Numbered from the stretch's first letter, positions 19,044 to 29,029 are shown. The stretch: 64,000 bases of DNA from Candidatus Latescibacterota bacterium (GCA_965204745.1 OZ242010.1:4096001-4160000); one strand, 5' to 3'. Translations and numbers: made by a program. The notes: generated by a model from the sequence alone, not told the origin.

Positions 19044-20969
19044 TTAGACCTCCGACATATCCGGTCCCCACGGCTGAATGCGTGTGAGTTTTTTGTCCAA
19101 GGCGCGCATCAGGTCGGGCAGGTCAAAGGATGTGAGCACGCGCCGAGGGATGTTGGCAACGGGCCAACTGACCAGGGGCGTTTGCGTCCAGGCGTGGTAG
19201 GACGCGGGATAATTTTTGAGCGTGACTGCGGTGACAGCGGGATGGAGAAAGCCCGCAAAGAGGGCGTGGATAGCCCCTTGCCCGCGCCCGTAGAGCTGGA
19301 TGGATTCCGCGCCTTCATCCGCGAGCAAGTCCAGCGTGGACAACACATCGTGAACCCTGCGTCCCAAAAAACTTTGCCCGAGCATCAGGCCGTACCCATT
19401 GCACATGTAGTCATTGCCGTAGGGATGGAACAGATCGCGCTCATCATCGGCGAGCGACTCGCCCAAGCCGCGCACGTCAAGGGCATACAGCGGATATCGC
19501 TCTTTCAGGCTTCGCGCCAAGGGGTCTTCGATCAAATCGACTTCCGCAGAGATATGCGGCAAATACAAGTGGATTTCACGTTCCACATCCAAGGTGTGGG
19601 AATACGCCGGATTGGCCGGACGTTTCCGCATGATCGCGCGGATATCGCCCTCGGTTTCTATCGCGTATCGCGCCAAGCGCGTGCCGCCCTCGGTCGTGCC
19701 GCGCAGCCAGCGATGGTGCGGCACTTCGCGGTTGACCGACAGGCCGAGCGCGGTTTGCACGCACGCGATGAGTCGATCTTCGTCCAACTGCTCGCGCTTG
19801 CCGGCAAGGGCATTGGCCCTTTGCGCGATGAGGTCGTAGATGGGCACGGCGCCTTCGGGGATCACCTCGCCTTTTGGCGTGACATCGAGCGCGTCTGCGT
19901 CCAGGGTTTCCGTGGTTTGCACCCGCACGACCCGGTCAATGCCCGCGTGCATGGCAAAAAATTGCACCATCGCCTCTTGGTTGTGATGGGAATAGCCATG
20001 GCCTTCCGGGCCGATGAACAGATCAATCGCATTGCCCGGCGCGCCGATAATGTCGTAAAACCGGCGAATTTCCGAGTGGGCGCGTTTGAGCCCACGCCGA
20101 TCAAAATAGCAATGGGTTTGCCCGAGCAAGATGACCGGGGCCGGCGCGCGTGCGACAAAAAAATCGGCCATGTCCAAGCCCGCGCCGATGACCCTCGGCG
20201 GATATTGTTCGGCATCTGCCGGCAACTCATTTTCCAAATTGGCGGCAAATGTGGTGACAAAACAACTGGGCGCGGCCATTGTAAAACGCTCTTCTACGGG
20301 CCAGATCCAACTCGTCATCGTCCCGCCGCCCGAGTTGCCCGTCAGGCCGACGCGCGCGGGATCGACTTCGGGACGGGTGAGCAGATAATCGAGTGCGCGG
20401 ATGCCATCCCAGGCGCGCCACGCGCCAAACCATTCGCCCACGAGTTCGAGTTGCTTGCCCATCATGTTGTGGGCATGGGTGGATGAACGCACGCTTTCGC
20501 GGTCGCGCAGGGCGTAGTACTGATCCCGCTCGCCCTGGTTGAAGGGATCGTAGATCAACGCGACAAAGCCATTGCGCGCCAACCGCTGGCAAAATGCCTG
20601 ATAAAGCGGCGCGTTCTTGCCCTCGGCAGCATGCCCGCATGAGCCGATCACCCCAGGTGCGGGGCCATCGAGTTTGGCCGGCACGTACAGATGCGCCGTG
20701 ACCAAACACCCCGGGCGGCTCTCAAAGAGGACCTTTTCAATGCGGTAATCGCGGCGTTCAACAACCCCGACGACGCGCGCATTCAGCGGTGTTTTGCGCG
20801 GCCACGGGCGATACGCTCTGTCAATGGCCTCGCGCACCTCATCCCGGTACGCAAACGCCTCCCGCTTTGTGCGGATGGACGCCAAGCGTTTTGCGCGGTC
20901 CGCATTGATCGCCCGCACCTGCGCGACATAGTCGTCTAGCACCATGTGTCCATAACCATTTCGCGGCAT
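19044..20969 (-). CDS. Alpha/beta hydrolase (acetylxylan-esterase-like, two-domain)
   Basis: GGAG RBS before ATG 20969; EKVLFESRPG, WDGIRALDYLLTRPEVDPARVGLTGNSGGG (GxSxG nucleophile). Confidence 0.85.
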   Translation of the reverse strand: MPRNGYGHMVLDDYVAQVRAINADRAKRLASIRTKREAFAYRDEVREAIDRAYRPWPRKTPLNARVVGVVERRDYRIEKVLFESRPGCLVTAHLYVPAKLDGPAPGVIGSCGHAAEGKNAPLYQAFCQRLARNGFVALIYDPFNQGERDQYYALRDRESVRSSTHAHNMMGKQLELVGEWFGAWRAWDGIRALDYLLTRPEVDPARVGLTGNSGGGTMTSWIWPVEERFTMAAPSCFVTTFAANLENELPADAEQYPPRVIGAGLDMADFFVARAPAPVILLGQTHCYFDRRGLKRAHSEIRRFYDIIGAPGNAIDLFIGPEGHGYSHHNQEAMVQFFAMHAGIDRVVRVQTTETLDADALDVTPKGEVIPEGAVPIYDLIAQRANALAGKREQLDEDRLIACVQTALGLSVNREVPHHRWLRGTTEGGTRLARYAIETEGDIRAIMRKRPANPAYSHTLDVEREIHLYLPHISAEVDLIEDPLARSLKERYPLYALDVRGLGESLADDERDLFHPYGNDYMCNGYGLMLGQSFLGRRVHDVLSTLDLLADEGAESIQLYGRGQGAIHALFAGFLHPAVTAVTLKNYPASYHAWTQTPLVSWPVANIPRRVLTSFDLPDLMRALDKKLTRIQPWGPDMSEV

Positions 20970-21049
20970 GAGAAACTCCAATCGGTAAGAGGGGAGACGG
21001 GAGAGGGAAGACGTAAGAGGGCCGCCCAGCCACCCCAAGTGGTCAGTGG

Positions 21050-22093
21050 TCAGTCCGCTGTGTTCTGTATGTGGTTGCTTTTTTGAATCGCCAACTTGCT
21101 TCCCACTCGAATCGCCTGCATCATGTTCGCGGCTTTGGCGATGCCTTTGCCCGCAATATCGTAAGCCGTGCCGTGATCCACAGAGGTTCGCACGATGGGC
21201 AGGCCGAGGGTTATGTTCACGGCCTCGTCGAACGCGACCAGTTTTGCGGGCACATGGCCTTGGTCGTGGTACATCGCCACCACGCCGTCGTAGATGCGGT
21301 TATAGACCTTGAGAAAAGTCGTATCCGCGGGCAATGGGCCATCCACGCGCCAACCGTTGTACAATGCCCGTTCAACTGCGGGGCGGATGATCTCGGCATC
21401 CTCGCGGCCAAACAAGCCATTTTCGCCCGCGTGTGGATTGAGGCCGCACACCGCGAGCCGGGGATCGGACGCGCCCAAGCCGATCAGCGCGTCTCGGGTC
21501 AGGCGAATCACGTCGCAGATCAGATCGGACGTGAGCCTGTCGGGTACCTCGTGTAACGGAATATGCCCGGTGACGTGCGACACGCTCAGGCGGTCAGATG
21601 CCAGCATCAAATACGCGCGGCCCGCGCCCGAGTGCTCGGCCAACAATTCCGTGTGCCCCGCGTACGCGTACCCCGCCAAATTCATCGCTTCCTTGTTCAA
21701 AGGCGCGGTGACAATGCCATCTATGCGATTTGCTATCGCCAAATCAACCGCGTGAATCACCCACTCCGCCGCTGCTTTTCCGGCCTCGGCGCGCACCTCG
21801 CAGAGGACGATCCGATCCACATTCACTTCTAGCGGGCAGCACACATCCACGCATCCAAATTCAAACGCGCCATTTTCCGGGCGATCCACCATTCGCAGGT
21901 CCAACTGCACGCCGGCCATTGCCATATCGCGTTTTAATATGTCGGGATGGCCGATTACGAGCGGCCTGCACACGCGGTAGCTCTCCTCGCGTCCGAGTGC
22001 CTTCAAGATCACCTCGGGCCCTATGCCACCCGGATCGCCCATCGTCATCCCCATCAGCGGACGATTGCCCGACTCGTCTTTCCCAAGCATCAT
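21050..22093 (-). CDS. pdxA: 4-hydroxythreonine-4-phosphate dehydrogenase (PdxA/PdxA2 family)
   Basis: TMGDPGGIGPE, TAPLNKEA, GLNPHAGE, AMYHDQG and RTSVDHGTAYDIAGKG. Confidence 0.93.
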   Translation of the reverse strand: MMLGKDESGNRPLMGMTMGDPGGIGPEVILKALGREESYRVCRPLVIGHPDILKRDMAMAGVQLDLRMVDRPENGAFEFGCVDVCCPLEVNVDRIVLCEVRAEAGKAAAEWVIHAVDLAIANRIDGIVTAPLNKEAMNLAGYAYAGHTELLAEHSGAGRAYLMLASDRLSVSHVTGHIPLHEVPDRLTSDLICDVIRLTRDALIGLGASDPRLAVCGLNPHAGENGLFGREDAEIIRPAVERALYNGWRVDGPLPADTTFLKVYNRIYDGVVAMYHDQGHVPAKLVAFDEAVNITLGLPIVRTSVDHGTAYDIAGKGIAKAANMMQAIRVGSKLAIQKSNHIQNTAD

Positions 22094-22145
22094 TCGCTCC
22101 CAAAAAAAGTGGTGCCCCCAAGCCGCCACAATCGCGATTTTTTAC

Positions 22146-22730
22146 CTAAGCCAAGCCCGCGGCTTTCAGCAAAATTTTTTGCTCGTCCGCGTCGAGGTGC
22201 ATCTCGTCCATGTGCCCCATCAGTTTGTCGCGCCTGCGTGCATCTCGTTTCCGCGTCTCGGCAACGAGGTCCGTAAGCCTCGTGAAAGTCCCCTGTTGAT
22301 CGTTAGGTACGAGTTGGCCCGAATCCATGAACTTGATCCGCCCTTGCAAGTCTTCCGGCACGGTCCCGAGTGCTCGTTTTTTGAACTTCTCGACGTTTCG
22401 CGTTGCAATCTCTGTTCTGCCACAGGCCGCGGGCAGGAAGGGCTCGTTCATCCGCATTGCCGCGCCTTCCAGCAAGCAAGTCAACGCTTCGCGGCTCAAT
22501 GAACTCGCTTCGGGAACATCGAGAACGAGCCAACGATTTAGCGTCTCAATTTTTTTTCGTTCTCGCTCATCGGGAACGAGATTCACGGATGGCGAGTACG
22601 CGCAATTCACAGCGGGCCAAATCGTTTTTTCATGGGCGTTTTTTTTCGCCTGCCGCCTCAGCGACAAGTATATCAGGAAGAACGCCCCTGTTGTAATGAC
22701 CATGCCGATGAGTGTCATGACTGCTTCCAT
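22146..22730 (-). CDS. Hypothetical protein with an N-terminal membrane anchor
   Basis: 194-aa ORF with a hydrophobic N-terminus; coupled by TAATG to the reconstructed upstream gene. Confidence 0.6.
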   Translation of the reverse strand: MEAVMTLIGMVITTGAFFLIYLSLRRQAKKNAHEKTIWPAVNCAYSPSVNLVPDERERKKIETLNRWLVLDVPEASSLSREALTCLLEGAAMRMNEPFLPAACGRTEIATRNVEKFKKRALGTVPEDLQGRIKFMDSGQLVPNDQQGTFTRLTDLVAETRKRDARRRDKLMGHMDEMHLDADEQKILLKAAGLA

Positions 22731-22790
22731 TACTCATCCTGATACCTTTCTGTTGACCCTTATTAACAGCGTGAGCAAATCAATAAGTGT

Positions 22791-23933
22791 TCAACCAGTG
22801 CAAGTTGCATCCAAACAGTTCCGCAACTTGGGTGTATCCACCAAAGCACGGAGAAAAATACCCCGTGCGCCGTTGATATCTCGATCCATGACTTGACCAT
22901 CTTTTCTGCTACGAATGACTTTCGCTCCGCCCAAGTTTTTTACAATCTCACCTGTCCAACTGACTGTCTTGGATGTGTAAGCCTCGTTCACATCCAAGAC
23001 CAACTTGCCAGTTTCAAACGCCTTGTGCTTGAGAAACTGCTTGAAGCGATAATGGGCAAAAGTCAACATTGAGCGGACAGACTTACGGCGAAGGCAACGC
23101 TTACCGCGCACAACCATCTCGGTCGTCTCAAACGTGGGCAGAAGAATCACATCGTAGTTGTCCACCAGCCAGCGCGCAGTCTGTTTGTGCAGTTCATCGA
23201 TCAAGTCTCGGATGCGCCACCGCATGCGATGGCAGGCACGCTTCAAACGCACCTGGCGAAAGCCGATGGCCTTTGTCATGCGACCGATCAACCCGTCAAG
23301 ATGAATACACAAACGCTGAATACGACCAAAATCACCCTCGCCAATCTTACCGCAATCTGTTTCAGAAAAGAACGTCAAGAAACTGCGAATACCAGGATCA
23401 AGCGCCACGACACGCCCTTGGTTCTCGGCTACGTGCCGTGGACTTGAATGAGGCACGGTCACAGAGTACCGGCCATTGTAACTGACCAAACGGCCATCCT
23501 TCGGAACAACTGACAATGGCTCAGACAAACGCACATTGCCAAGGCTAAGAGGATAAAATGTCGTCAATGCCTTATTCCAAGCCACATGGCACAAATACAA
23601 GGACTGGATAGGGGCTTTACGACTACGGAACTGCAAGAGCACTTTCCGCTTTATCCCTTGCTTCTTGAATGCTTTACGCTTACGCCAGACCGCCTGGTTT
23701 GCCTGGTAAGCATCGGCTATCGCACCGCAAAGAATCTTGCTCGGCACATCGGCAAACCAGAAAGGACTCACCGCACGGACAACACGTCGCATATCGTATT
23801 CAGACAAAGAAAATCCCGCACGGTACAACGACACAGCCTCGTTATACCACCAGCGGGTAGCGACCATCCAATGCCTGAACTTTGCGCGCTGATCAGCGTT
23901 CGGATAGATTCTTATCTTCCTTGATTTTGTCAC
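22791..23933 (-). CDS. tnpB: TnpB RNA-guided nuclease, DPG-type RuvC (start uncertain; frame open to 24440)
   Basis: KIRIYPN..Q HTH, VVALDPGIRSF, VNEAYTSKT and MDRDINGARGI; in-frame GTG 1 nt after the tnpA stop. Confidence 0.9.
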   Translation of the reverse strand: MTKSRKIRIYPNADQRAKFRHWMVATRWWYNEAVSLYRAGFSLSEYDMRRVVRAVSPFWFADVPSKILCGAIADAYQANQAVWRKRKAFKKQGIKRKVLLQFRSRKAPIQSLYLCHVAWNKALTTFYPLSLGNVRLSEPLSVVPKDGRLVSYNGRYSVTVPHSSPRHVAENQGRVVALDPGIRSFLTFFSETDCGKIGEGDFGRIQRLCIHLDGLIGRMTKAIGFRQVRLKRACHRMRWRIRDLIDELHKQTARWLVDNYDVILLPTFETTEMVVRGKRCLRRKSVRSMLTFAHYRFKQFLKHKAFETGKLVLDVNEAYTSKTVSWTGEIVKNLGGAKVIRSRKDGQVMDRDINGARGIFLRALVDTPKLRNCLDATCTG

Positions 23934-23934
23934 G

Positions 23935-24468
23935 CTACTTGCGGAGGCCGGACAGCCTGCAAGAGAACGTATCCAGAAGGGATAAAATATCCTGTGTGAG
24001 TTCTTGTTCTGGACGACACTTTGACGCGTCGAGAACCACGACCGCGCCCCCGTTTTGCTTTGCCAGCCAGTCAACAAGTTCAAAGCCAAACCGTGCAAGG
24101 CGGTCTTGGTGGGCAACCACAATTCGCAACTTTTCTCCGCTGTGTAAGCGTTCCAGTAGGGCGACAAGGCCCTTCCGCTTTTCGTTGAGGCCTCCGTCAA
24201 TGTCTTTGACGACCTCTGCGCTGGGATAACCGGATTGAAGGAGCGCAACTTGCCCGCGCAAGTCGTCTTTTTGGGCATAACGACTGACCCGTGCATAGAG
24301 CACAAATTCAACGCCAACTTCTTCCCGCAAGAACGCATTGACATCGTAAAGTCTCCTTCCGCCTGGACTGCGAATATGCTCAATCCGACCGTCATTCGCC
24401 CACTTACGCAACGTATTCGGATGAACACCGAGCAAAGCAACCGCTTTGCGAGTATTTACATAAGGCAT
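23935..24468 (-). CDS. tnpA: IS607 serine transposase (MerR-like HTH + resolvase)
   Basis: LLGVHPNTLRKW..GGRRLY, YARVS catalytic serine and DRLARFGFEL. Confidence 0.93.
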   Translation of the reverse strand: MPYVNTRKAVALLGVHPNTLRKWANDGRIEHIRSPGGRRLYDVNAFLREEVGVEFVLYARVSRYAQKDDLRGQVALLQSGYPSAEVVKDIDGGLNEKRKGLVALLERLHSGEKLRIVVAHQDRLARFGFELVDWLAKQNGGAVVVLDASKCRPEQELTQDILSLLDTFSCRLSGLRK

Positions 24469-24496
24469 AGCAACTTACGGCTTTTGTGAACAAGTG

Positions 24497-24709
24497 TCAG
24501 CAATTTATTTCCAAGCCGCTATCTCCTTGTGCAATCAAAATGCACAACGCGCCTATCCCGATGCCCGTGGCAACCATGACAACATACGGAAATGGGGTCT
24601 CGGCCCGCAAGATGGGTGCGATAATCCCCCCGACAATCCACGCGATGCCGATGCCTTTTGCCGTATCTGCCAACAGCTTGATTTGGTCATTGCTCATCTT
24701 CATACCCAT
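24497..24709 (-). CDS. Small two-TM membrane protein whose last codons were replaced by the IS607 left end
   Basis: MGMKMSNDQIKLLADTAKGIGIAWIVGG...; the original end DSGLDE* is reconstructed across the IS. Confidence 0.6.
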   Translation of the reverse strand: MGMKMSNDQIKLLADTAKGIGIAWIVGGIIAPILRAETPFPYVVMVATGIGIGALCILIAQGDSGLEINC

Positions 24710-24713
24710 TTTC

Positions 24714-27700
24714 CTAATCGTCATCGGCGACGTCATAAGCCACATCGCGGCGGGCAAAGACCCCTGCACTCAGGCGGCGGAGGGCCAAGCGCAGATCGTC
24801 GAGCAAGGTGTAGAACAGGGGTACGACGAGCAGGGTCAGAAATGTCGATGCCAAAAGCCCGCCCATCATCGTGCGCCCAAGCGGCGCGTAGGGCACGCCC
24901 ATCACATTGCTACCGCCCACGGCCATGGGCAACAAGCCAAACACGGTCGTAAAGGTCGTCATCAAAATGGGGCGGAAGCGATTGCGGCCCGCCTCCAAAA
25001 TCGCGTCGAAGCGCGCCCTGCCATCGGCGCGCAGGCGGTTGATCATATCCACCAGCACAATCGCGTTGTTCACCACCACGCCGATCAGCACGATCACCCC
25101 GATAAACGCCATCGTATCCATGGGCGTATCTGTCAAATACAAGGTCCAGTACACGCCCAAAAAGGAAAACGGGATGGAGAAGAGCACGGAAAACGGCAAG
25201 ACGAACGACTCGAACAAAACGCCCATCAGCAAAAACACGCTCGTCACCGCCATCACCATGCCGATTTGCCCAGAGGTCTCGGTCTCTTGAAGTTGCTTGA
25301 ATCGCTCGCCTTTGTGCCACGAATACCCGCGCGGCAACTCGATCCCGTCCATCATTTTGTCTATCGCCTCGTACAACCTCCTGCCAGATTCCATCGTATA
25401 GGTCCGAATCCGCAACTTGACCCTGCCATCGTACCGGGCGATGCGCCCGGTGCCACGCGAGACCTCAAAGGAAGCGATCTCGCCCAGGGCCACTTCCGCG
25501 CCTTCGTCGGTCGAAAACGCGAAATTGCGTAACTGATTCAGATTTTGCCTATCCGCCCGCTCCAAGTACAGGCGCACCCTGACTTCGCCATCTTCGGATT
25601 GAAACCGGGGCAGCGAGACGCCTTGCAAGCCGTAGGCGATATAGCGTCCAATATCCCGTGCAGAAACGCCCATGCGGTTCGACCGTTCTCGATCAACTGC
25701 GACTCGCACCTCGTCATCGGCCCGTTCCAAATCCGTGTCGATGCTGACGATCGACGGGATTTGTTGCAGGCGCCACGTCACCTCATCCACGAGCCCGATC
25801 AGCACCTCGGTGTCCTCGCCTTCCAGATAGACCGATACGGACGACTCGCCGCTGATGCCATCGCCGTACCGCGCCAAGGAGTGCCACACGCCCACGTATT
25901 TCGGCGTGTGCTCGCCGATATCCGCGACCATCTCTTGCCGTTCCATTGGCCCATCAAGGGGGATGCCGAGTGCTTTGCGTGCGTTTTTGTACGCGATGAA
26001 CCACCACGGGTCCTCGCTTTTGAGGGGCATGTACATCCGCAAATACCCAAAGCCGGGGCGGTAGTACACGCGCAGGATTTCATAGCCGTATTCCGCGCGC
26101 TTCTCCTCTAAGAAGTGCTCGACTTCGGTCACGATGCGCGCGGTTTCTTCCAACGTAAAGTGGCGCGGCATTTTTAAGCGCACGCTCAAATCGTTCACCT
26201 TGCCGCCCCCGCGGTCCGCGCGCTTGAGATTCGCCAGGGGATTGGGCTGAAATTCGGGGTACATCCACATCGTCGCCGTCAGTGCGAGCGCGATCAAGAC
26301 CGCGTCCCGCCGGTGGTTTAATGTCCATGCCAACATGCGCGCATACCCCCCTCGCACCATGGCGATAGACTTGGGATCTGGGCGCACCTGCCCCTTGCCC
26401 ACTTGCACGGACGCCAACGGGATGAACAACAGGGCCACGAACAGCGAGCCGACTAGCGCGATGCAAACCGGCACCCCCATGCGCGTCATGTAAAAGTTCA
26501 TGAACATATTGCCGCTGAACAACATCATCGGCAAAAACACCACCACCGTCGTCAACGTCGCCATGGTGATCGCCAGCCCCACTTCGCTCGCGCCCCAGAT
26601 CGCGGCGTCTTTGGGGGTATCGCCATTGCCGCGCCTGCGGTAGATGTTTTCCAAAATGACGATGGCATTATCGACCACCAAGCCCACGCCGACCATGAGG
26701 CCCATCATGGTCACGACATTGAGGGACCAGCCGATGAAGTACAGCGCGGTCATGGTGATCATCACGCACAGGGGAATGGCCAGGGTGATGATGCCCGTCA
26801 TGCGGAAGGTTCTCAAGTAGAACAACAGCACCAGCGCGGCGAACAACCCGCCCCAAAGCCCGGTTTCTCGCAGGTTGCGGATGGATTCTTTGATGAAAAA
26901 TCCCTGGTTGAAGATCACGCGAAACGACACGCGCCCGGCCAAGCGCGGGTCTCGCTCGAGTTCGCGCAGCTTGGCCTCTACCCGGTCCGTGATCTCCACG
27001 ACGTTCGCGCCCGATTCTTGTTTGATGCCAAAGCTGATGCCGGGCTTGCCGTCGATGCGCTGAATCCACGACATTTCGGGCACGTCGTACACGACCCGCG
27101 CCACTTCGCCCAGGCGCACCTTGCCCGCTCGGGACAGGATTTGGATATCCTCGATTTCTCGCAGTGCGGTGTAGCGCGCCAGCGAGCGCACGTAAAATTT
27201 CTTTTCGCCCTCGCGCACGTACCCCCCGGCGAGTGCGAAATTGTCGTTTTTGAGGGTCGAGACGATTTCGCCGATCCGCACGCCGCGCGCGCGCATGCGC
27301 TCTCGATCCACTTCCACCATCACTTCTTTTCGTTGCACGCCGAAAAAGCCGATCTGACCCACGCCATCCACGCGCTCTAAGGGCCGCTGGATGTGCGTTT
27401 CGATAAACCGAAACTGGTCCGTGATGGTGGAGTCTATCGCCATCGCCACCCACATGACTTCCCACGAATCATCATCGTATTTGCGAACCCGCACGTCGTC
27501 CCGCGCTTCTTCGGGCAGGTGGGGTTTGAGGTGTTCGAGGCGGTCCGAGACCTGATTGTAAGCCGCGACCATGTCGGTGTATTGGCGAAATTCGATGATC
27601 GCCCGCGCCCCGTTCGATTCGCTGTAACTCCGCAGGCTCGCGATGCCCTTGACCGTGCGGAGCGTTTCTTCCAAGGGCAGGGTGATCAGCTGCTCGGTCT

Positions 27701-27890
27701 CTTGCGGCGTGGCATTGCGAAACCCCACGCGCACGCTCAAGATGGGCCGTTCCAACCCTTTGGGCATCAGTTTGACGGGCACGCGCCAATACGCCACGGC
27801 CCCCAGCACGAGCAACGCGATGAGGCACATGGTAATGGACACGGGCCGCAATACGGAAATGCGCGGGAGGAGTGAGGATTTGGGGGTCAT
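24714..27890 (-). CDS. RND efflux permease (AcrB/AcrD/AcrF family)
   Basis: GLVVDNAIVILENI, GVVVNNAIVLVD and RFRPILMTT; 1058 aa. Confidence 0.95.
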   Translation of the reverse strand: MTPKSSLLPRISVLRPVSITMCLIALLVLGAVAYWRVPVKLMPKGLERPILSVRVGFRNATPQETEQLITLPLEETLRTVKGIASLRSYSESNGARAIIEFRQYTDMVAAYNQVSDRLEHLKPHLPEEARDDVRVRKYDDDSWEVMWVAMAIDSTITDQFRFIETHIQRPLERVDGVGQIGFFGVQRKEVMVEVDRERMRARGVRIGEIVSTLKNDNFALAGGYVREGEKKFYVRSLARYTALREIEDIQILSRAGKVRLGEVARVVYDVPEMSWIQRIDGKPGISFGIKQESGANVVEITDRVEAKLRELERDPRLAGRVSFRVIFNQGFFIKESIRNLRETGLWGGLFAALVLLFYLRTFRMTGIITLAIPLCVMITMTALYFIGWSLNVVTMMGLMVGVGLVVDNAIVILENIYRRRGNGDTPKDAAIWGASEVGLAITMATLTTVVVFLPMMLFSGNMFMNFYMTRMGVPVCIALVGSLFVALLFIPLASVQVGKGQVRPDPKSIAMVRGGYARMLAWTLNHRRDAVLIALALTATMWMYPEFQPNPLANLKRADRGGGKVNDLSVRLKMPRHFTLEETARIVTEVEHFLEEKRAEYGYEILRVYYRPGFGYLRMYMPLKSEDPWWFIAYKNARKALGIPLDGPMERQEMVADIGEHTPKYVGVWHSLARYGDGISGESSVSVYLEGEDTEVLIGLVDEVTWRLQQIPSIVSIDTDLERADDEVRVAVDRERSNRMGVSARDIGRYIAYGLQGVSLPRFQSEDGEVRVRLYLERADRQNLNQLRNFAFSTDEGAEVALGEIASFEVSRGTGRIARYDGRVKLRIRTYTMESGRRLYEAIDKMMDGIELPRGYSWHKGERFKQLQETETSGQIGMVMAVTSVFLLMGVLFESFVLPFSVLFSIPFSFLGVYWTLYLTDTPMDTMAFIGVIVLIGVVVNNAIVLVDMINRLRADGRARFDAILEAGRNRFRPILMTTFTTVFGLLPMAVGGSNVMGVPYAPLGRTMMGGLLASTFLTLLVVPLFYTLLDDLRLALRRLSAGVFARRDVAYDVADDD

Positions 27891-27932
27891 GGGAGAATCC
27901 CGTAAAGAGATGGTGCGACCAAGTGCTTTCTA

Positions 27933-28193
27933 TTATCGAGGATTGGAACGGATTTGGCAAACAGAGTTTTCAATGCCCATTTCTGCCTCTCCATCCTCCG
28001 CAACAGCGATACCATACCTTTTCATCGCATCTACAATATCTTCATTCACCATGCTTTCAATAAACCACCTTTCACCTACATAATCTCCACCTGCATTCAT
28101 CCCTTCTAACAAAATATCAATATACTGAACAAGCGTTTCCGCCGTACCCAAACCCATCAAAGGATCAATAGGAACTGTTTTCGTTTTCGCCAT
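27933..28193 (-). CDS. Small hypothetical protein, low GC
   Basis: GAGGAGG RBS before ATG 28193; 86 aa, acidic. Confidence 0.55.
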   Translation of the reverse strand: MAKTKTVPIDPLMGLGTAETLVQYIDILLEGMNAGGDYVGERWFIESMVNEDIVDAMKRYGIAVAEDGEAEMGIENSVCQIRSNPR

Positions 28194-28247
28194 TGCAACC
28201 TCCTCACAATTCGGACGCCAACCTTTTTGCCCGTTCAATATCAAAAT

Positions 28248-28710
28248 CAGTAGTCAGTAGGTTGTGTTGACATTTGGGATATTTTTTGATCGTGTTGACA
28301 TTTCATTTTTTTCTGACGTTACGCACAGATTAGCAAATGTATTGTGTTGCTTGCTCATTTAAGGCGTTTGGTCCTTTGATGGCGTTGCGCGAGGGGACCT
28401 ATCCCCCGGCCCCGTTATTCGCTTCGCTCATTGTAGGCTACGCCTGTGCCTACGAGGAAAGGGGGAGCGCATGGCTTTCTTAAAGGTTTGTATCCCTAGC
28501 TGCTTTGATGGCGTTTGTGACCTATCCCCCGGCCCCTTTCCTACAAGGAAAGGGGAGTAAAGTTCCTTTGATGGCTTATATCAATGGCTACTCTGATGGC
28601 GTTGTGCGAGGGCATAAAGCGATTAAAAATCCCTTATCAATCCCCTCGCACAACCTCTCGCCATTCCCCCTTCCTCGCAGGAAGGGGGCCAGGGGGTAGG
28701 TCCCAATTCC
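28248..28710. repeat. IS5-MITE-like end plus REP cluster upstream of cassette B
   Basis: TAGGTTGTGTTGACATTT at about 28258, then sequence closely similar to 1500-1812. Confidence 0.8.
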
Positions 28711-28727
28711 CATCGTCATTTTACCAC

Positions 28728-28756
28728 TTGACAAATAATAGCGTAATTTTTAATTT
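28728..28756 (+). promoter_or_regulatory. sigma70-type promoter of cassette B
   Basis: TTGACA-17 nt-TAATTT. Confidence 0.6.
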
Positions 28757-28840
28757 TTTACCCATTCGCTATTTCGATTTTGAGCGCGGAGGAAAGGCCG
28801 TGCCCGGTCTGCGCGACAGCTTTTGCAAAGGAGACTTCAG

Positions 28841-29029
28841 ATGATTCCCGCCATTTTTCGACGTTGTTCAAACCTGTTTAGAGGCCACCGTTCTCCTGCG
28901 AAAACGGGCGTTCATGGTGCCCATTCCCGTCTTGGAGTGCGGTCCTATTTCATTGCAAAACAGTCCGTTAGGATGATCAGTACAGTGTACCCCCCCCCCC
29001 CCCCCCCCTCGGAGAGGGGGACAAAATGA
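28841..29029 (+). CDS. Leader ORF of gene B ending in poly-Pro; stop overlaps the gene B start (ATGA)
   Basis: AAAGGAGA RBS; MIPAIFRRC...FIAKQSVRMISTVYPPPPPPSERGTK*. Confidence 0.6.
   Translation: MIPAIFRRCSNLFRGHRSPAKTGVHGAHSRLGVRSYFIAKQSVRMISTVYPPPPPPSERGTK
28990..29008 (+). repeat. C19 homopolymer, putative phase-variation tract
   Basis: 19 consecutive C, 17 nt before the gene B ATG. Confidence 0.85.

Larger units (their letters stand above)
22738..24512 (-). mobile_element. IS607-family element (tnpA + tnpB) inserted at a GG dinucleotide
   Basis: Serine-recombinase tnpA followed by tnpB. GG at both junctions (CC at 22738-39 and 24511-12 on +); joining the flanks restores an ORF end. 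Confidence 0.9.

Noticed and set aside
23935-24468. IS607 TnpA as the invertase for the adhesin locus
   Set aside because: It belongs to a self-contained IS with a restorable empty site, and no IS-end-like sites were seen at the adhesin repeats.
24469-24512. IStron (group I intron) at the IS607 left end
   Set aside because: The left end is only about 44 nt, too short for an intron core.
28770-28835. c-di-GMP-I riboswitch call
   Set aside because: Only a GGTCT..GAYAGC-like part is present; the GGCAAA/GAAA-tetraloop half is missing. It is kept only as an unnamed conserved UTR.
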